Position numbers and translations under genes: made by a program. This document shows, one piece after another, positions 12,487 through 23,484 of a stretch of 39,040 bases of DNA. The notes below the pieces were generated by a model. It had not been told where the DNA came from. It did not search any database and saw nothing but the letters and a program-made list of their open reading frames with translations. The DNA is taken from contig NC_057749.1 in NCBI RefSeq assembly GCF_004010195.1, forward strand, positions 22,051,315-22,090,354, given 5' to 3'. The DNA is from Chiloscyllium plagiosum. Its lineage: Eukaryota. How positions within the stretch are numbered: the first letter of the stretch is position 1; each line of letters starts with the position of its first letter.

Positions 12487-12698
12487 TGGGTTTGTTAGCT
12501 TGAATGGCTGGTGAGAAATGAAGTTATTCCAACAGCGTGGGTTCAATTCCTGCACTGGCTGAGTTACCAGGAAGGACTCTCCTTCCCAACCTCTTCCCCT
12601 CGCCTGAGGCGTGCTGACCCTCAGGTTAAACCACCACCAGCCGTTTCTCTCCAAAGAGGAAAGCAGCTCTGGTAAGACTATACTGATGTAACCTTTAC
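12487..12698 (+). mobile_element. tRNA-derived SINE, non-HE1 family
   Basis: Box B gggttcaattcc, internal cctgagg..cctcagg inverted repeat, cttta-type end. Confidence 0.65.
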
Positions 12699-12700
12699 CA

Positions 12701-12888
12701 GGATGGCTCACTGCTGCCTCACAGAGCCAGGGGCCTGGGTTCAATTGCAGCTTCGGGTGAATGTCTGTGTGGAGTTTGCACATTCTCCCTGTGTCTGCGT
12801 GGGTTGCCTCCCATTGTGGGGCTCTGCGCATGGGGTGGGATGGCCTTCAAGGATTCGATGGGCTGAATGATCTGATTCTGCATGATTC
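12701..12888 (+). mobile_element. HE1 V-SINE, internally deleted
   Basis: cactgctgcctcacag..gggttcaatt..tgtgtggagtttgcacattctccc. Confidence 0.8.
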
Positions 12889-13136
12889 AAATTGTTATAC
12901 CTCATCTAATTCACAAATGTTGAGACAGAGATGCCCCACACTGTAGCTGCGTGGGTGCAATGTGGTTGACTATTACCTGCTCTCACATTGGCTGAGCAAA
13001 TTCAAGGGCAATTAGGAATGGACAACAAACAGCCTTAAAGTGATATTCACACAAATGAGCAAAAGCCTTCATCACTTCCGTCTTTCCTTCTCAATGCATA
13101 TGACAACCCGCCTCACTGCCCATTTTACTTGCTTTA

Positions 13137-13640
13137 CCAGCATGGAAACAGACCTTTCGGTCCAACCAGTCCATGCCCAACATAATCCCAAACTAACCTC
13201 GTCCCACCTGCCTGCTCCTGGCTCTTATCCCTTCAAACCTTTCCTATTGTAGACTTATGCCCAATTAAAATCTTGCAGAGCCATTTCTAGCTGTGAATGC
13301 TGCTGCATGTAGGAAGAGGAGCAAGGTTCAGTCTTTCAAACATCTTCTGTCATGTAATGAGATCATCGCTGATCTGTATCCTAATTCCACCTTCACGTCC
13401 CTTTGCGGCGAAGCGAGAAATAACGACTTGATCCAATGATATTAAATCATCAGTTGTGTGGCTGTGTCGAGAGCGAGTGGTGAGATTGAGTTCCACATTT
13501 TCACCCCTCTTTGTGTGAAAATATGCTTCCTAATTCTGCTCCTGTATGACCTGACTCCAATATCGAGGTGTGATCACCTTGTGCTGCACTGGATCACCAG
13601 TTGTAAATATTTCCCACTATCTACCCCATTGAGACCTTCT
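13137..13640 (-). mobile_element. Decayed CR1 3' fragments (13137-13250 and ~13350-13640)
   Basis: cagcatggaaacagacctttcggtccaac tail; ttcacccctctttgtgtgaaaa. Confidence 0.65.
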
Positions 13641-13921
13641 GAAATTCACAATAAACCTGAAGATCACTATAAAAATCATTTCTTCAACCTTTTAAAATTG
13701 GCGTTGAGGTAACTCTTCTCAGAGCCTACCCTTGCAACCCTGGCACTATTTTGGTGAATCTCATTTGCGCAGAGGGACATTTCATCCTTTCCATGTGCGT
13801 TGCCCAGAGCTGTGTAAGGTTAATGACTCTACACAATGGACGACCAGGAATTTGTATACTTATCGCAAGAAAACTTCACCAATTTTGAAATGTAAAGTAG
13901 ACAGGCAGGAGGCTGGAAGAA

Positions 13922-14081
13922 CACCTGCCTGCTCCTGGCTCTTATCCCTTCAAACCTTTCCTATTGTAGACTTATGCCCAATTAAAATCTTGCAGAGCCA
14001 TTTCTAGCTGTGAATGCTGCTGCATGTAGGAAGAGGAGCAAGGTTCAGTCTTTCAAACATCTTCTGTCATGTAATGAGATC
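13922..14081 (+). repeat. 160-bp duplicate of 13205-13364
   Basis: Identical by eye from cacctgcctg to gtaatgagatc; offset 717 bp. Confidence 0.95.
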
Positions 14082-14116
14082 CTGAAGAAGGGCCTGTGCC
14101 CGAAACGTCGAATCTC
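14076..14116 (+). ncRNA. Minimal type I hammerhead ribozyme motif (predicted cleavage after 14109)
   Basis: CUGAAGA 14082-14088, extra A, stem II GGGC/GCCC 14090-14101, GAAACGUC 14102-14109 with palindromic ACGU helix III; stem I gagatc/gaatctc with one bulge. Activity not shown. Confidence 0.7.
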
Positions 14117-14205
14117 CTGTTCCCTGGATGCTGCCTGACCTGCTGTGCTGTTCCAGCAATAAAGTTTCAACTTTGATCTCCAGCATCTGCAGACCTCACT
14201 TTCTC
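14082..14205 (+). mobile_element. Penelope-derived mini-element with hammerhead motif
   Basis: Starts ctgaaga and ends cactttctc(c); together with the captured duplicate it lies between the 12-bp TSD ctggaagaacac (13913-13924, 14206-14217). Confidence 0.9.
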
Positions 14206-14835
14206 CTGGAAGAACACAGCAAGCCTGGCAGCATCAGGAGGTGGAGAAGTTGATGTTTCAGATATCACCCATCTTCAGAAGTGGGGGTGGGTGTAGGGGA
14301 GCTGCAGATAAGAGGCTGAGAAAGGATGGTTTATGGGTGGGGGGGGATGGAGTGGAATGGTGAGGTAGTGATAGATGAACACAGGTGGTGGGTGCGACCT
14401 GGTTGGTCGATGGGAGGGATGAATCTGGTTGGTCACTTGGAGGAAGGGTCAGTAAATGGAATGGAAGAGATGAGGAGGGGCTGGAAAGGGAGTCGGGGGA
14501 TGGGTGGGAAGACTATTTGAAATTGGAGAACTTAATGTTGTGTTTTCCGGGCTGTAGGCTGCCCAGCAGGAAGAAAAGGTGTGGTTCCTCCAATTTGTGG
14601 TGTGATTCACCATGGCAATGGAGGAGGCCGAGGATGGACATGTCGGAGAGGGACTGGGAGGGAGAATTGAAATGGGCGGTAACTGGGAGGTCAGACTGAG
14701 ATGTTCAGTGAAATGTCTACTTAGTTTATGCTTGGTCTCACTGACATGGAGAAGACATCATCAGGATCCCCTCATTCCCTGGCACAGGGATAATGAGCCA
14801 AATGGCTTTCTTCAAAATGGCTGTACCATTTCATG

Positions 14836-15108
14836 TTTTTTTTTTAATTTCATGGGCTGTAGGTGTAATTGGCAAGGCTGGCATTCAATGCCCATCCCTA
14901 ATTGCCTTGGAACCAAATGGCTTGCTTGGCCATTTTGCAAAAGGGTTAACAGTCAACTGCTGATCTGCTCTCACATTCTCTTCACTGAAGGGCATCAATG
15001 AACCACATGGATTTATAACAGCGATGGTCACCATTACAGAGACCACACATTCCATTTGTTAACTGAATGCCAATTCCACCAGGTCCCCACAGTATTAGCC
15101 TGGGGACT
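14836..15108 (-). mobile_element. tRNA-SINE family B, diverged
   Basis: tgcccatccctaattgcc tail as in 33801-34161. Confidence 0.7.
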
Positions 15109-15238
15109 AGAACATGGAACATAGAACATTCCAGCACAGTACAGGTCCTTCGGCCTTTGATATTGCACCAACCTGTGAAACCAATCTGAAGCCCATCTAT
15201 CCTATACTATTCCATGATCATCCATATGTTTAACCAAT
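15108..15238 (-). mobile_element. CR1 3' tail
   Basis: (ATAGAAC)n tail then cagcacagtacaggtccttcggcc. Confidence 0.75.
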
Positions 15239-15682
15239 ACAGTGGTGGGTACGACCTGATTGGTCGAATGGAGGAATGAATCTGATTGGAAGGAAGGGAT
15301 TGTCGCTTATCATTCCAGTGATTCCTGTCTGACTGCAAGCAGGGATGGGCACTGCGTCTCTCACTGCTTGTGTTGTGTACATTAATGATCTGGGAGGTAA
15401 GTCTTTATGTTGACCAGTAACACAAAGATTTACAGTGTGTTAAATAGCAAGGAGGACAGCATTTGACAGCAGGGTGATGTAGACAGGCTGGTCAGATGGA
15501 CTGTACAGTGGCTAATGGAATTTATTTTTGAAAAGTGTGAGGTGATGCATTTTGGGAGAACCACTGAGGTAAAGGAGTACCGTAGAGTTCTTACAGTGTG
15601 GAAAGTGGCCATTCAGCCCATTGAGTTTGCGCTGACCCTTCAAAGAGCATCCCCATGCAGACCCCAAACCCTATACTAACCA

Positions 15683-15973
15683 TGGCTAGGCCAGCATTTA
15701 TTGCCCATCCCTAATTGCCCAGAGGGCAGTTAAAAATCAACCCACATTGCTGTGGGTCTGGCATCCCATGTAGGCCAAACCAGGTAAGGATGACAACATC
15801 CTTTGCTAAAAGAAATGCTGGGTTTTCAGACAATAGATTTGTGGTCATCATGAGACTCACAATTCCAGATTATAAAAAAAATGCAATCCAAATTCCACCA
15901 CCTGCCAATGCAGGATTCAAACCAGGGTCCCCAGGTCAACAGTCCAGCAAACACGTCACAAAGTCATTGCCTC
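15683..15973 (-). mobile_element. tRNA-SINE family B nested in HE1
   Basis: tggctaggccagcatttattgcccatccctaattgccc..ccaggtaaggatg..ggattcaaacc. Confidence 0.85.
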
Positions 15974-16020
15974 ACCCACGCATCTTTGGACTGTGGGAGT
16001 AAACTGGAGCACCCAGAGGA

Positions 16021-16364
16021 AACCCACACAGACACAGGGAGAATGTGCAAACTCCACACAGACACGGGGAGTACATGCAAACTCCACACAGACACGGGGA
16101 GAACATGCAAACTGCACACAGACATGGGGAGAACATGCAAACTGCACACAGACACAGGGAGAGCATACAAACTGCACACAGACATGGAGAGAACATGCAA
16201 ACTGCACACAGACATGGGGAGAACGTGCAAACTGCACACAGACACGGAGAGAACATGCAAACTGCACACAGACATGGGGAGAACATGCAAACTTCACACA
16301 GACAGGGGGAGAGCATGCAAACTCCACACAGACACGGGGAGAACATGCAAACTCCACACAGACA
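16021..16364. repeat. 30-bp minisatellite, ~11.5 copies (actscacacagacayggggagaacatgcaa)
   Basis: Exact 30-bp register over eleven units plus a partial unit. Confidence 0.97.
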
Positions 16365-17088
16365 GTCGCCTGAGGCTGGAATCAAACTGAGGTCCTTGGC
16401 GCTGTGAGACAGCAGTGCTAACCACTGAGCCACCGTGCTTCCCAAGCTACATTGTAGGACCTGAGAGGAAACTTAGTCTGTCAATCTATAGGACCTTGGA
16501 GGCAGCGGGTCAGAGATATAAAACAATCAGGAAGGCAAATGCAATACTCGCCTTTATTAGTCAAGGCATTGAATCGATGTGGAGGGTGGTTATGAAGAGA
16601 ACATCAAGTTCATGGAGCCCCAGCTGGAAGACTGTGTGTAGTTCTGGTTTCAATAGGAAAATGGAGGGGACGCAGAGGAGATTTCCCAGGATGGTACCTT
16701 AACTGGAAGAGAAAGAGTAAATAGACGGGAGCCTGACTGAGGTGCTCAATTTTCTAGGATAAATAAGGAGAAAATTCTCCCTTGGTAAAGGGGTCAAGAA
16801 CCAGGAAGCACAGATTGAAGGTAAGGAGCAGGAAGTTTAGTGGGGATTTGAGGAAGAGGGTGTTGGGTATCTGGAACTCACTGTAATGGTGAGAGTAGCA
16901 GGAGGCCTGAAGACATTTTGGGAATATTTCAATGATCACCTGAAATGCTGCAACATACAAGGCTACAGGCCAAGTGCTGGGCAATGGGATTAGACTAGAC
17001 CATAGGCCCAAACATGACAGGCCTAGAAATTGTGCTGTAAGAACTTTAAGACCCAATATTATGACACACCTGAGGCAGATGGGACTTA

Positions 17089-17410
17089 GTCATAGAGAAT
17101 AGAGATGTACAGCTCGGAAACAGACACTTCGGTCTAATATGTCCGATCAGATATCCTAAACTAATCTAGTCTCTCTTGCTAATACTTGACGCATATCCCT
17201 CTAAACCCTTTCTGTTCATCTAGCCATCCAGATGCCTTTTAAATGTTGCAATTGTACCAGCCTCCATCACTTCCTTTGGCAGCTCATTCCATACACGATC
17301 TGTGTAAAAAAGTTGCCCCTTAGGTCCTTTTTAAATCTTTCCCCTCTCACTCTAAATCTACGTCCTCTAGTTCTGGACTCTCCTACCCTGGGGAAAAGAT
17401 TTTGGTTATC
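17089..17410 (-). mobile_element. CR1/HER1 3' end
   Basis: tgttgcaattgtaccagcctcc, aagttgccccttaggtcc, ctctagttctggactc. Confidence 0.9.
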
Positions 17411-19069
17411 CATACTGCGCAGAGACTACCTCTGTACCACAAGATCCTAATTGTTAATCTATTCAAACATGCTGTCGCACACCATGGTGAGACTTGAAGC
17501 TCAGCCTCCTGAGTCTGAGGCAGGGACATGGTCGCTTCGGTCGCTACAGCGATGGAAACCAAAGTGTACACCCATCAGTGGATGCATCACTCATCACCAG
17601 GCCCGAGATTTGCCCCTTGCTTCACTGTTGGGGAGCTCTGTACCTCCATAAGGGGAAAGTTTTGACTGCGTGTGTGGTGGAGAGGTGCCCGCAGTGGGTC
17701 AGACCAGAGCACGGATAGCTGGAAGAATCGGCTGGTTGAATCAGGAATCAGATTGTGCGCTTTCACTCGGGAGAGTGACACTGACAGATGTTGTGCCTTC
17801 TAAACATCTGAGCTGCATTATATTGTAGTTCACAGCAATCATTGTAACAAATCATTTCATCAAAGGCTGCTGTGAACCATCGATCCTATTTAGTTAAGAA
17901 TATATATTTCAATACAATCTGTACGGTTTAATAATAAAGTGCTATTTACTTAAGGGGCCCATTCCTCCCAATCTACAGGGGCTTTTCAATCAGTGATTAG
18001 ACATTTGTAGAGCAAGCTCTCTGTTTGAATGAGAACGGTGCGCCGTTAAGTGACCGGATTTGCAACATACACGGGGGAGGGTTGGTGGAGCGGGGGTTGG
18101 GGTGGGGGGGGGGTTTGCTGGGGATCTGAACCTGGGCAGGAGTTGGCGATTTGTGTTGTTGCAATGCACGCTGGCTGGCTCGCTCGCTAGCTTGCAACAC
18201 CTCCCAGCCTGGGGCGTTCACTTTTCAAGTGGTGGGGCCAACGGAGATGGGAGCACAGAGTGCTCTGTTCAATCACTGGGGAAGTGACAAGCCTTGCTCA
18301 TTAAGCCCTAATAAACTAGCCCAGTGTGAGGAGCACCGCTCCAATCTGCCAGCGAGTCAGGATGACCCCCCCTGTTACAGGTGCTGCCTTGGGCACTGTT
18401 GCTGTTGTTTTATAACCAGCACATTACAGCCTTCCTCATATCATATTCAAATGCAAAGAGCATGTTTTTCATGATTTGGAGGTCAGGAACAAAAGAAGCT
18501 GCTTAATCAAAAGCGCCTGACAATTTGTTGCCTTGACACTAAAAGCAGAAAGTGATAGGACAGCTCCATTCTATCACATTACTTACAGCTATTTCTTTGA
18601 ATCAGAGAAGAGACATTTCTTTGTTAAGAAAAAAAAATTAAAAATTCATCAGAAAGAAAGCCGTCAGAGGTCCAGGGAATGTGTTTTGTGATGGAACCAA
18701 CATTTGTAAAACTTCCAGCTCCTTTAGCGCTGATTGTTATTGATCGCCAGCTTGTTAAGAGCTGCAGGAGCGGGCTGGTATTGGTAGGGGAACAGGCCCC
18801 TGCCTGAGCAGGCACTTGTGAGGTTTGTCATAGTGTGACAGCAGGCTCCATGCTGCTGGTGATGTGCTCTAGAGCTCAGTATATTAAACATCTCTCATTT
18901 ATATTCAATTGTGAGCATAGACACGACACTGTCAGTCTCTATCTCCACACACACACACACACACACACAGACACAAACACGCACACACGGTTCCACCTTT
19001 AGAGCTTTTCTTGCACCATTGATCCATCATAGGCCGGCATTCCGCTTACATTTTACCTGAACAGCCTGT

Positions 19070-19336
19070 CCCAGGATGTTATCATGCACCTCTGGTGCTG
19101 GTGGGACTTGAACCTGGGCCTCCTGGTTCAGAGGTAGGGACACTACCACAGCAGCCTCACTGCGAGGTTTGTCCTTTTACCTTTCCTTTCAACAAAAAAA
19201 AACTTGCATTCTCTGAGATATTCTGGTACATAAGCATCAAAGATGCTTCGCAAACTTGGTGAGACACACCTTGAGAGCAGGTGGGACTTGAACCTGGGAC
19301 AGAGATAGGGACCGTACCACAGCACCACAAGGGCCC
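19070..19336 (-). mobile_element. Two short tRNA-head SINEs (19070-19160, 19260-19336); a further + copy at ~28963-29075
   Basis: Minus strand gtggtagtgtccctacctctgaaccaggaggcccaggttcaagtcccacc (box A / box B like). Confidence 0.65.
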
Positions 19337-19559
19337 ATGCAGTAGCCAGCTGAAGTGCTCTGTTTAATATCTGATACAATTCATTTCCTGTGCCTGACGG
19401 GTGACACCATAGGCCTCTCAGCTGCAAATCGATTAATTGATTGGGTAATAAACTGAGCTGTGCAAACTCATTCTGTTATAATGGAGGTCTCCCTCTGTTT
19501 ACACAGAGCGGAGAATTATTCAATGGTGGCAGCTCAGTGCGCTGGATGCTTTCCCTGAA

Positions 19560-19860
19560 CCAACCTGCACAGCAGAGGGGTGAGTGCAAGTTGGAGGATT
19601 GTCTTGTGGGCCTGTCCCTGGGCCTGCTTAGGCTGGTCATGAACAGCAAGTGGGCGATGGAACGGGGCCATTTCTGCTGACTGCCTGTTCCTCTTCCACA
19701 TCTACATTCGTGTCCATGTGTCTTTGGAGAGGGAGCACTTGGTGCCCATCAATAATCACAATGCCTTTTGAGAGAGTTAGGTGCCATGGGGAATACCATG
19801 CTTTATTTCCCCCCGCCTTGAATTCCATTTTGATATAGCCCTCTCTCCCTCTCCCTCTCA
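19560..19860 (+). mobile_element. Tx1-type LINE ORF2 C-terminal remnant
   Basis: EDCLVGLSLGLLRLVMNS / ADCLFLFHIYIRVHVSLEREHLV..F*ES*VPWGIPCFISP / NSILI*, with stops and frameshifts. Confidence 0.65.
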
Positions 19861-20480
19861 TAGAGTCAGAGAAATGTACAGCAGGGAAACAGAGACTTCG
19901 GTCCAACTTGTCCATGCCAACCAGATATCCTAAATTAATCTAGTCCCACCTGCCAGCACCCGGCCCATATCCCTCTAAACCCTTTCTATTCATATACCCA
20001 TCCAGATGCCTTTTAAATGTTGCAATTGTACCAGCCTCCACCACTTCCTCTGGCAGCTCATTCCATACATGCACCATCCTCTGAGTGAAAAAGTTGCCCC
20101 TTAGGTCTCTTTTAAATCTTTCCCCTCTCACCTTAAACCTCTAATTCTGGAAGAAAGAAAAATAGTTGGAACCGAAACAATGTCATAAGACCACAAGACA
20201 CAGTAGCAGAAATGAGGCCATTCAGCCCATTACATCTGCTCTGCCATTCAATCATAGCGGATCAGTTTCTCAACCCCACTCTCCCACTTTCTCCCTGTGA
20301 CTCGTGATTGCCTTGATAGAACCTATCTATCTCAGTATTGACTGTACTCAATGACCTGGCCTCCACAGCCTTCCGTGGCAGTGAATTTGCCCTCATGATT
20401 TTATAAACCTCAAGAAAGTCGCTCCTCGGCTTCTGACACTCCAGGGAAAACAGCCCCAAGTAATTCAGCCTCTTATTAAA
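19858..20480 (-). mobile_element. Two consecutive CR1 3' ends (19858-20150, 20183-20480)
   Basis: ORF 19940-20131 RGNFFTQRMVHVWNELP..FKRHLD; second tail (AAGACMAC)n-like. Confidence 0.85.
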
Positions 20481-20884
20481 GACATACAGCTGACAACTGT
20501 ACAGATGGATCATGAGTGACAATGGGAGGAGCAGCAAAAGTTTCTTCCTTGTTGAGGTGGTTCCTGAAGCTGGAGATTTGGGCTGTCATGAGGTGTTCGG
20601 GGGAGTAATGTCACTTTGGCAGAGCCCTGGCATCGTTACAGCGTAGCAAGAGGCCATTCCACCCACAGTGTCCCTGCTGGCTGCCCTAAGGAGACTGTCA
20701 TTTCCCACCCCCATCCCCATACTGTCCATACATCACTGAACATTCCTCCTGTGCAGATCTTTCAGACCTGAGGAAGTGTTGATTGATTTATGGCACAGAA
20801 TGAGGCCACTTTTTCCATTGTCCCTGCACCCATCAAAAAAAAATGAATCACTCAACCCTAATCCCATTTTCTAACACTTGGCTT

Positions 20885-21160
20885 TAGATTAGATTCCCTA
20901 CAGTATGGGAACAACAAGTCCACAAAGACCCTCTGAAGAATAACCCATCCAGATCCGTTCCTCTCTGACTAATGTACCTAACACTACGGGCAATTTAGCA
21001 TGGCCAATTCACCTGATATCTTTGGATTGTGGGAGGAAACCCACATAGACACAGGGAGAATTTGCAAACTCCACACAGACAGTCGCCCGAGGCTGGGATC
21101 GAACCCCGTTCCCTGGTGTTGTGAGGCAGCAGTGCTAACCACTGAGCCACCATGCTGCCC
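20885..21160 (-). mobile_element. HE1 V-SINE
   Basis: (TAGAT)n tail, gggcaatttagcatggcc, V-domain and head. Confidence 0.9.
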
Positions 21161-21980
21161 CTACCTCTAGAGCTTTCTGTACATCCACATACATTCAAAT
21201 GAGTTGAAGGTTTCTGCCTCTATTTCCCTCAGGCAGTGAGTTCCAGACGTCTACCCACGCCCTGAGTGGAAGTGATTTTCCTCACCTCTCCTGGCATTTT
21301 AATTCCTTTGAATCTTACTTTTAATTCATTCACAGGAACACTGCCTGCCCAGCATTTATGGCCTGTCCCTATTTTCCCCCTGAGAAGGCAGAGGTGAGCT
21401 GCCTTCTTGAACCGCTGCAGTCCATGTGCGGTAGGTTGACTCACAATGCCCTTAGAGAGGGAATTCCAGGATTCTGACCCAGCGATAGTGAAGGCATGGC
21501 GATATATTTCCCAGTCGGGATGGTGAGTGGCTTGGAGAGGAATTTGTCGGGCGTGATATTTCCATGTATCTCCTGCCCTTGTCCTTCCAGACAGTAGAGG
21601 ATTACTTTGAAAGATGCTGTCTAAGGAACCTTGATGAGCTATTACAGTGAATCTTGAAGATGGTACACGCTGCTGACACTATGCCTCAGTAGTGGAGATT
21701 GTGCCAATTAATCGGGCTGCTTTGTCCCGGATGACACTGAATTTCTTGAGTGTTGTTAGAGCTGCCCCCAATCCAGCCAAGTGCAGGTGATGGTGGACAA
21801 GGAGTGTCAGGAGATGAGGTACTGCAAAATTCCTGGCCTCTGACCTATGCTTGTATTCACAGTATTTATATGGCTTGTCAGTTTGGTTTCTGGTTAATAG
21901 TGTTCCCCAAGATGTTAATAGTGGGGAACAGTGATGCCATGAACATCAGAGGGCAATGGTTGGATTTTCTCTTGCTGATG

Positions 21981-22432
21981 GTCATAGATTCATAGAGATG
22001 TAGAGTTCGGAAACAGACACTTCGGTCCAACGCATCCATGCCAACCAGATATCCCAACCCAATCTAGTCCCACCTGCCAGCACNNNNNNNNNNNNNNNNN
22101 NNNNNNNNNNNNNNNNNNNNNNNNNNNNNNNNNNNNNNNNNNNNNNNNNNNNNNNNNNNNNNNNNNNNNNNNNNNNNNNNNNNNNNNNNNNNNNNNNNNN
22201 NNTCCCCTCTCACCCTAAACCTATGCCCTCTAGTTCTGGACTCACCCACCCCAGGGAAGAGACTTTGTTTACTTATCCTATCCTTGCCGTCATGATTTTA
22301 TGAACCTCTAGAAGGTCACTCCTCAGCCTCCGACGCTCCAGGGAAAACAGCCCCAGCCTATCCAACCTCTCCCTATAGCACAAATCCTCCATCCCTGGCA
22401 ACTTCCTTGTATATCTTTTCTGAACCCTTTCA
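21981..22432 (-). mobile_element. CR1/HER1 3' end nested in the LINE, spanning the assembly gap
   Basis: ESRTRGHRFRVRG..AGRWD; gap lies inside the element. Confidence 0.88.
22084..22202. other. Assembly gap (119 N)
   Basis: Run of n. Confidence 1.
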
Positions 22433-22738
22433 AGTGATTATTGCCTGGTACTTGTGGGGCACAAATGATACTTGCCACTTGCCGAACGTTCACTGAATGT
22501 TGTCCAAGTCTTGCTGCTATTGCAAACAAACCCCTTCAGTATCTGAAGAGTCAGGAATGGTGCTGAACATTGCACAATCATCGGTGAGCATCCCCACTTC
22601 CGACCTTATGATAGAGGGAAGGTCTTGATGAAGCAGCTGAAGATGGTTAGGTCGAGGACACGATCCTGAGGAACTCTTGCAGAGGTCTCCTTAACTGAAA
22701 TCATCAACTTCCAACAATCACGTCCATATTTATTTGTT

Positions 22739-22920
22739 ACGACCAGATAGTAAGGACTGCAGAGTCAATAGAAGAGCACAGCAGGTCAGACAGCATCCGA
22801 GGAGCAGGAAAGTCAATGTTTCATTCATCCTGACAAAGGGTTTCAGCCCGAAACATTGCCTTCCCTGCTCCTCGGATGCTGTTTGACCTGTTGTGCTCTT
22901 GCAGCTTCATATATGTTGAC
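22739..22920. mobile_element. Penelope-derived inverted (fold-back) mini-element with degenerate hammerhead in the spacer
   Basis: Arms 22772-22822 and 22850-22900; spacer ctgacaa-agggtttcagccc-gaaacatt; TSD ccatatt(t/c)atttgtt at 22724-22738 and 22921-22935. Confidence 0.8.
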
Positions 22921-23484
22921 CCATATTCATTTGTTTTGGGTATGAGTCCAACCAGCAGAGAGTTTTCCCTCTGAAGCTCATTGAATCAATGTATAACCAG
23001 GGTTGCTTGATGCCTTACTCGGTCAGATTCTGCCTCAATGTCAAGATTATTCATTCTCAGCTCTTATGTCCATGCTTGAACCAAGACTGTTGTAAAATCC
23101 AGTGGTTCGTGGCCCTAGCAGAGTCGATTTCCTTTGTAAGTGTTGTTTCATTACACGGTCAACAAACCCCTTGCATCACTTTGCTGATGATTGATGGGAA
23201 CATCGTTGGCTAAGTTGGATCTGTCCTGCTTTTCATGAGCAGGACACACTTTCACCAAGTCACAGGCAGTCTTGTAGCTGTATTGGAGCAGCTTGGCGAA
23301 GGGCATGGTTGATTTTTGAGCACAAATCTTCAGCGCTATTGCTGGGTTGTTGTCAGAGTCCATAGCCTTTGTAGTATCCAGTGCCTTCAGGCACTTCTCA
23401 ATCTCAAATGCTCTCTAGTCTCATTAAATGGAAGGAATACCACCCAAGAGCACTATTGAAAATGATTGCAAGATGCTTAACACT

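Larger units (their letters stand above)
13895..14760 (-). mobile_element. Penelope-like element 3' end: GIY-YIG endonuclease C-terminus, 3' UTR, degenerate hammerhead
   Basis: Minus strand reads CLLHVSETKHKLSRHFTEHL / DLPVTAHFNSPSQSLSDMSILGLLHCHGESHHKLEEPHLFFLLGSLQPGKHNIKFSNFK* (stop 14513-14515); ctgaagatgggtgatatctgaaacatc at ~14252-14278. Confidence 0.88.
15582..16438 (-). mobile_element. HE1 V-SINE carrying a nested SINE and an internal tandem expansion
   Basis: Tail at 15582-15688, core resumes at ~15975, head ends gccaccgtgc at ~16438. Confidence 0.88.
15315..17050 (+). mobile_element. Old CR1 LINE (RT to 3' end) split by HE1
   Basis: YINDL, KCEVMHFG before 15582; KANAILAFI, QRRFPRMVP and TRKHRLKV after 16480. 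Confidence 0.75.
21318..23400 (-). mobile_element. Old LINE (CR1/L2 group, distinct from HER1), RT remnant to 3' end; partner of SINE family B
   Basis: DSDNNPAIALKICA..LLQYSY..VCPAHEKQDRSNLAN (23151-23363), VPQDRVL..PTIFSCFI and SEVGMLTDDCAMFS (~22560-22680); 3' end gggacaggccataaatgctggg..gtgaatgaattaaaa. Confidence 0.8.

Noticed and set aside
16021..16364. CRISPR-like regular array
   Set aside because: Contiguous 30-bp units without unique spacers, derived from an HE1 SINE in a vertebrate genome.
17695..17722. REST/RE1-like site (tcagaccagagcacggatagc)
   Set aside because: Too many departures from the RE1 consensus in both half-sites.
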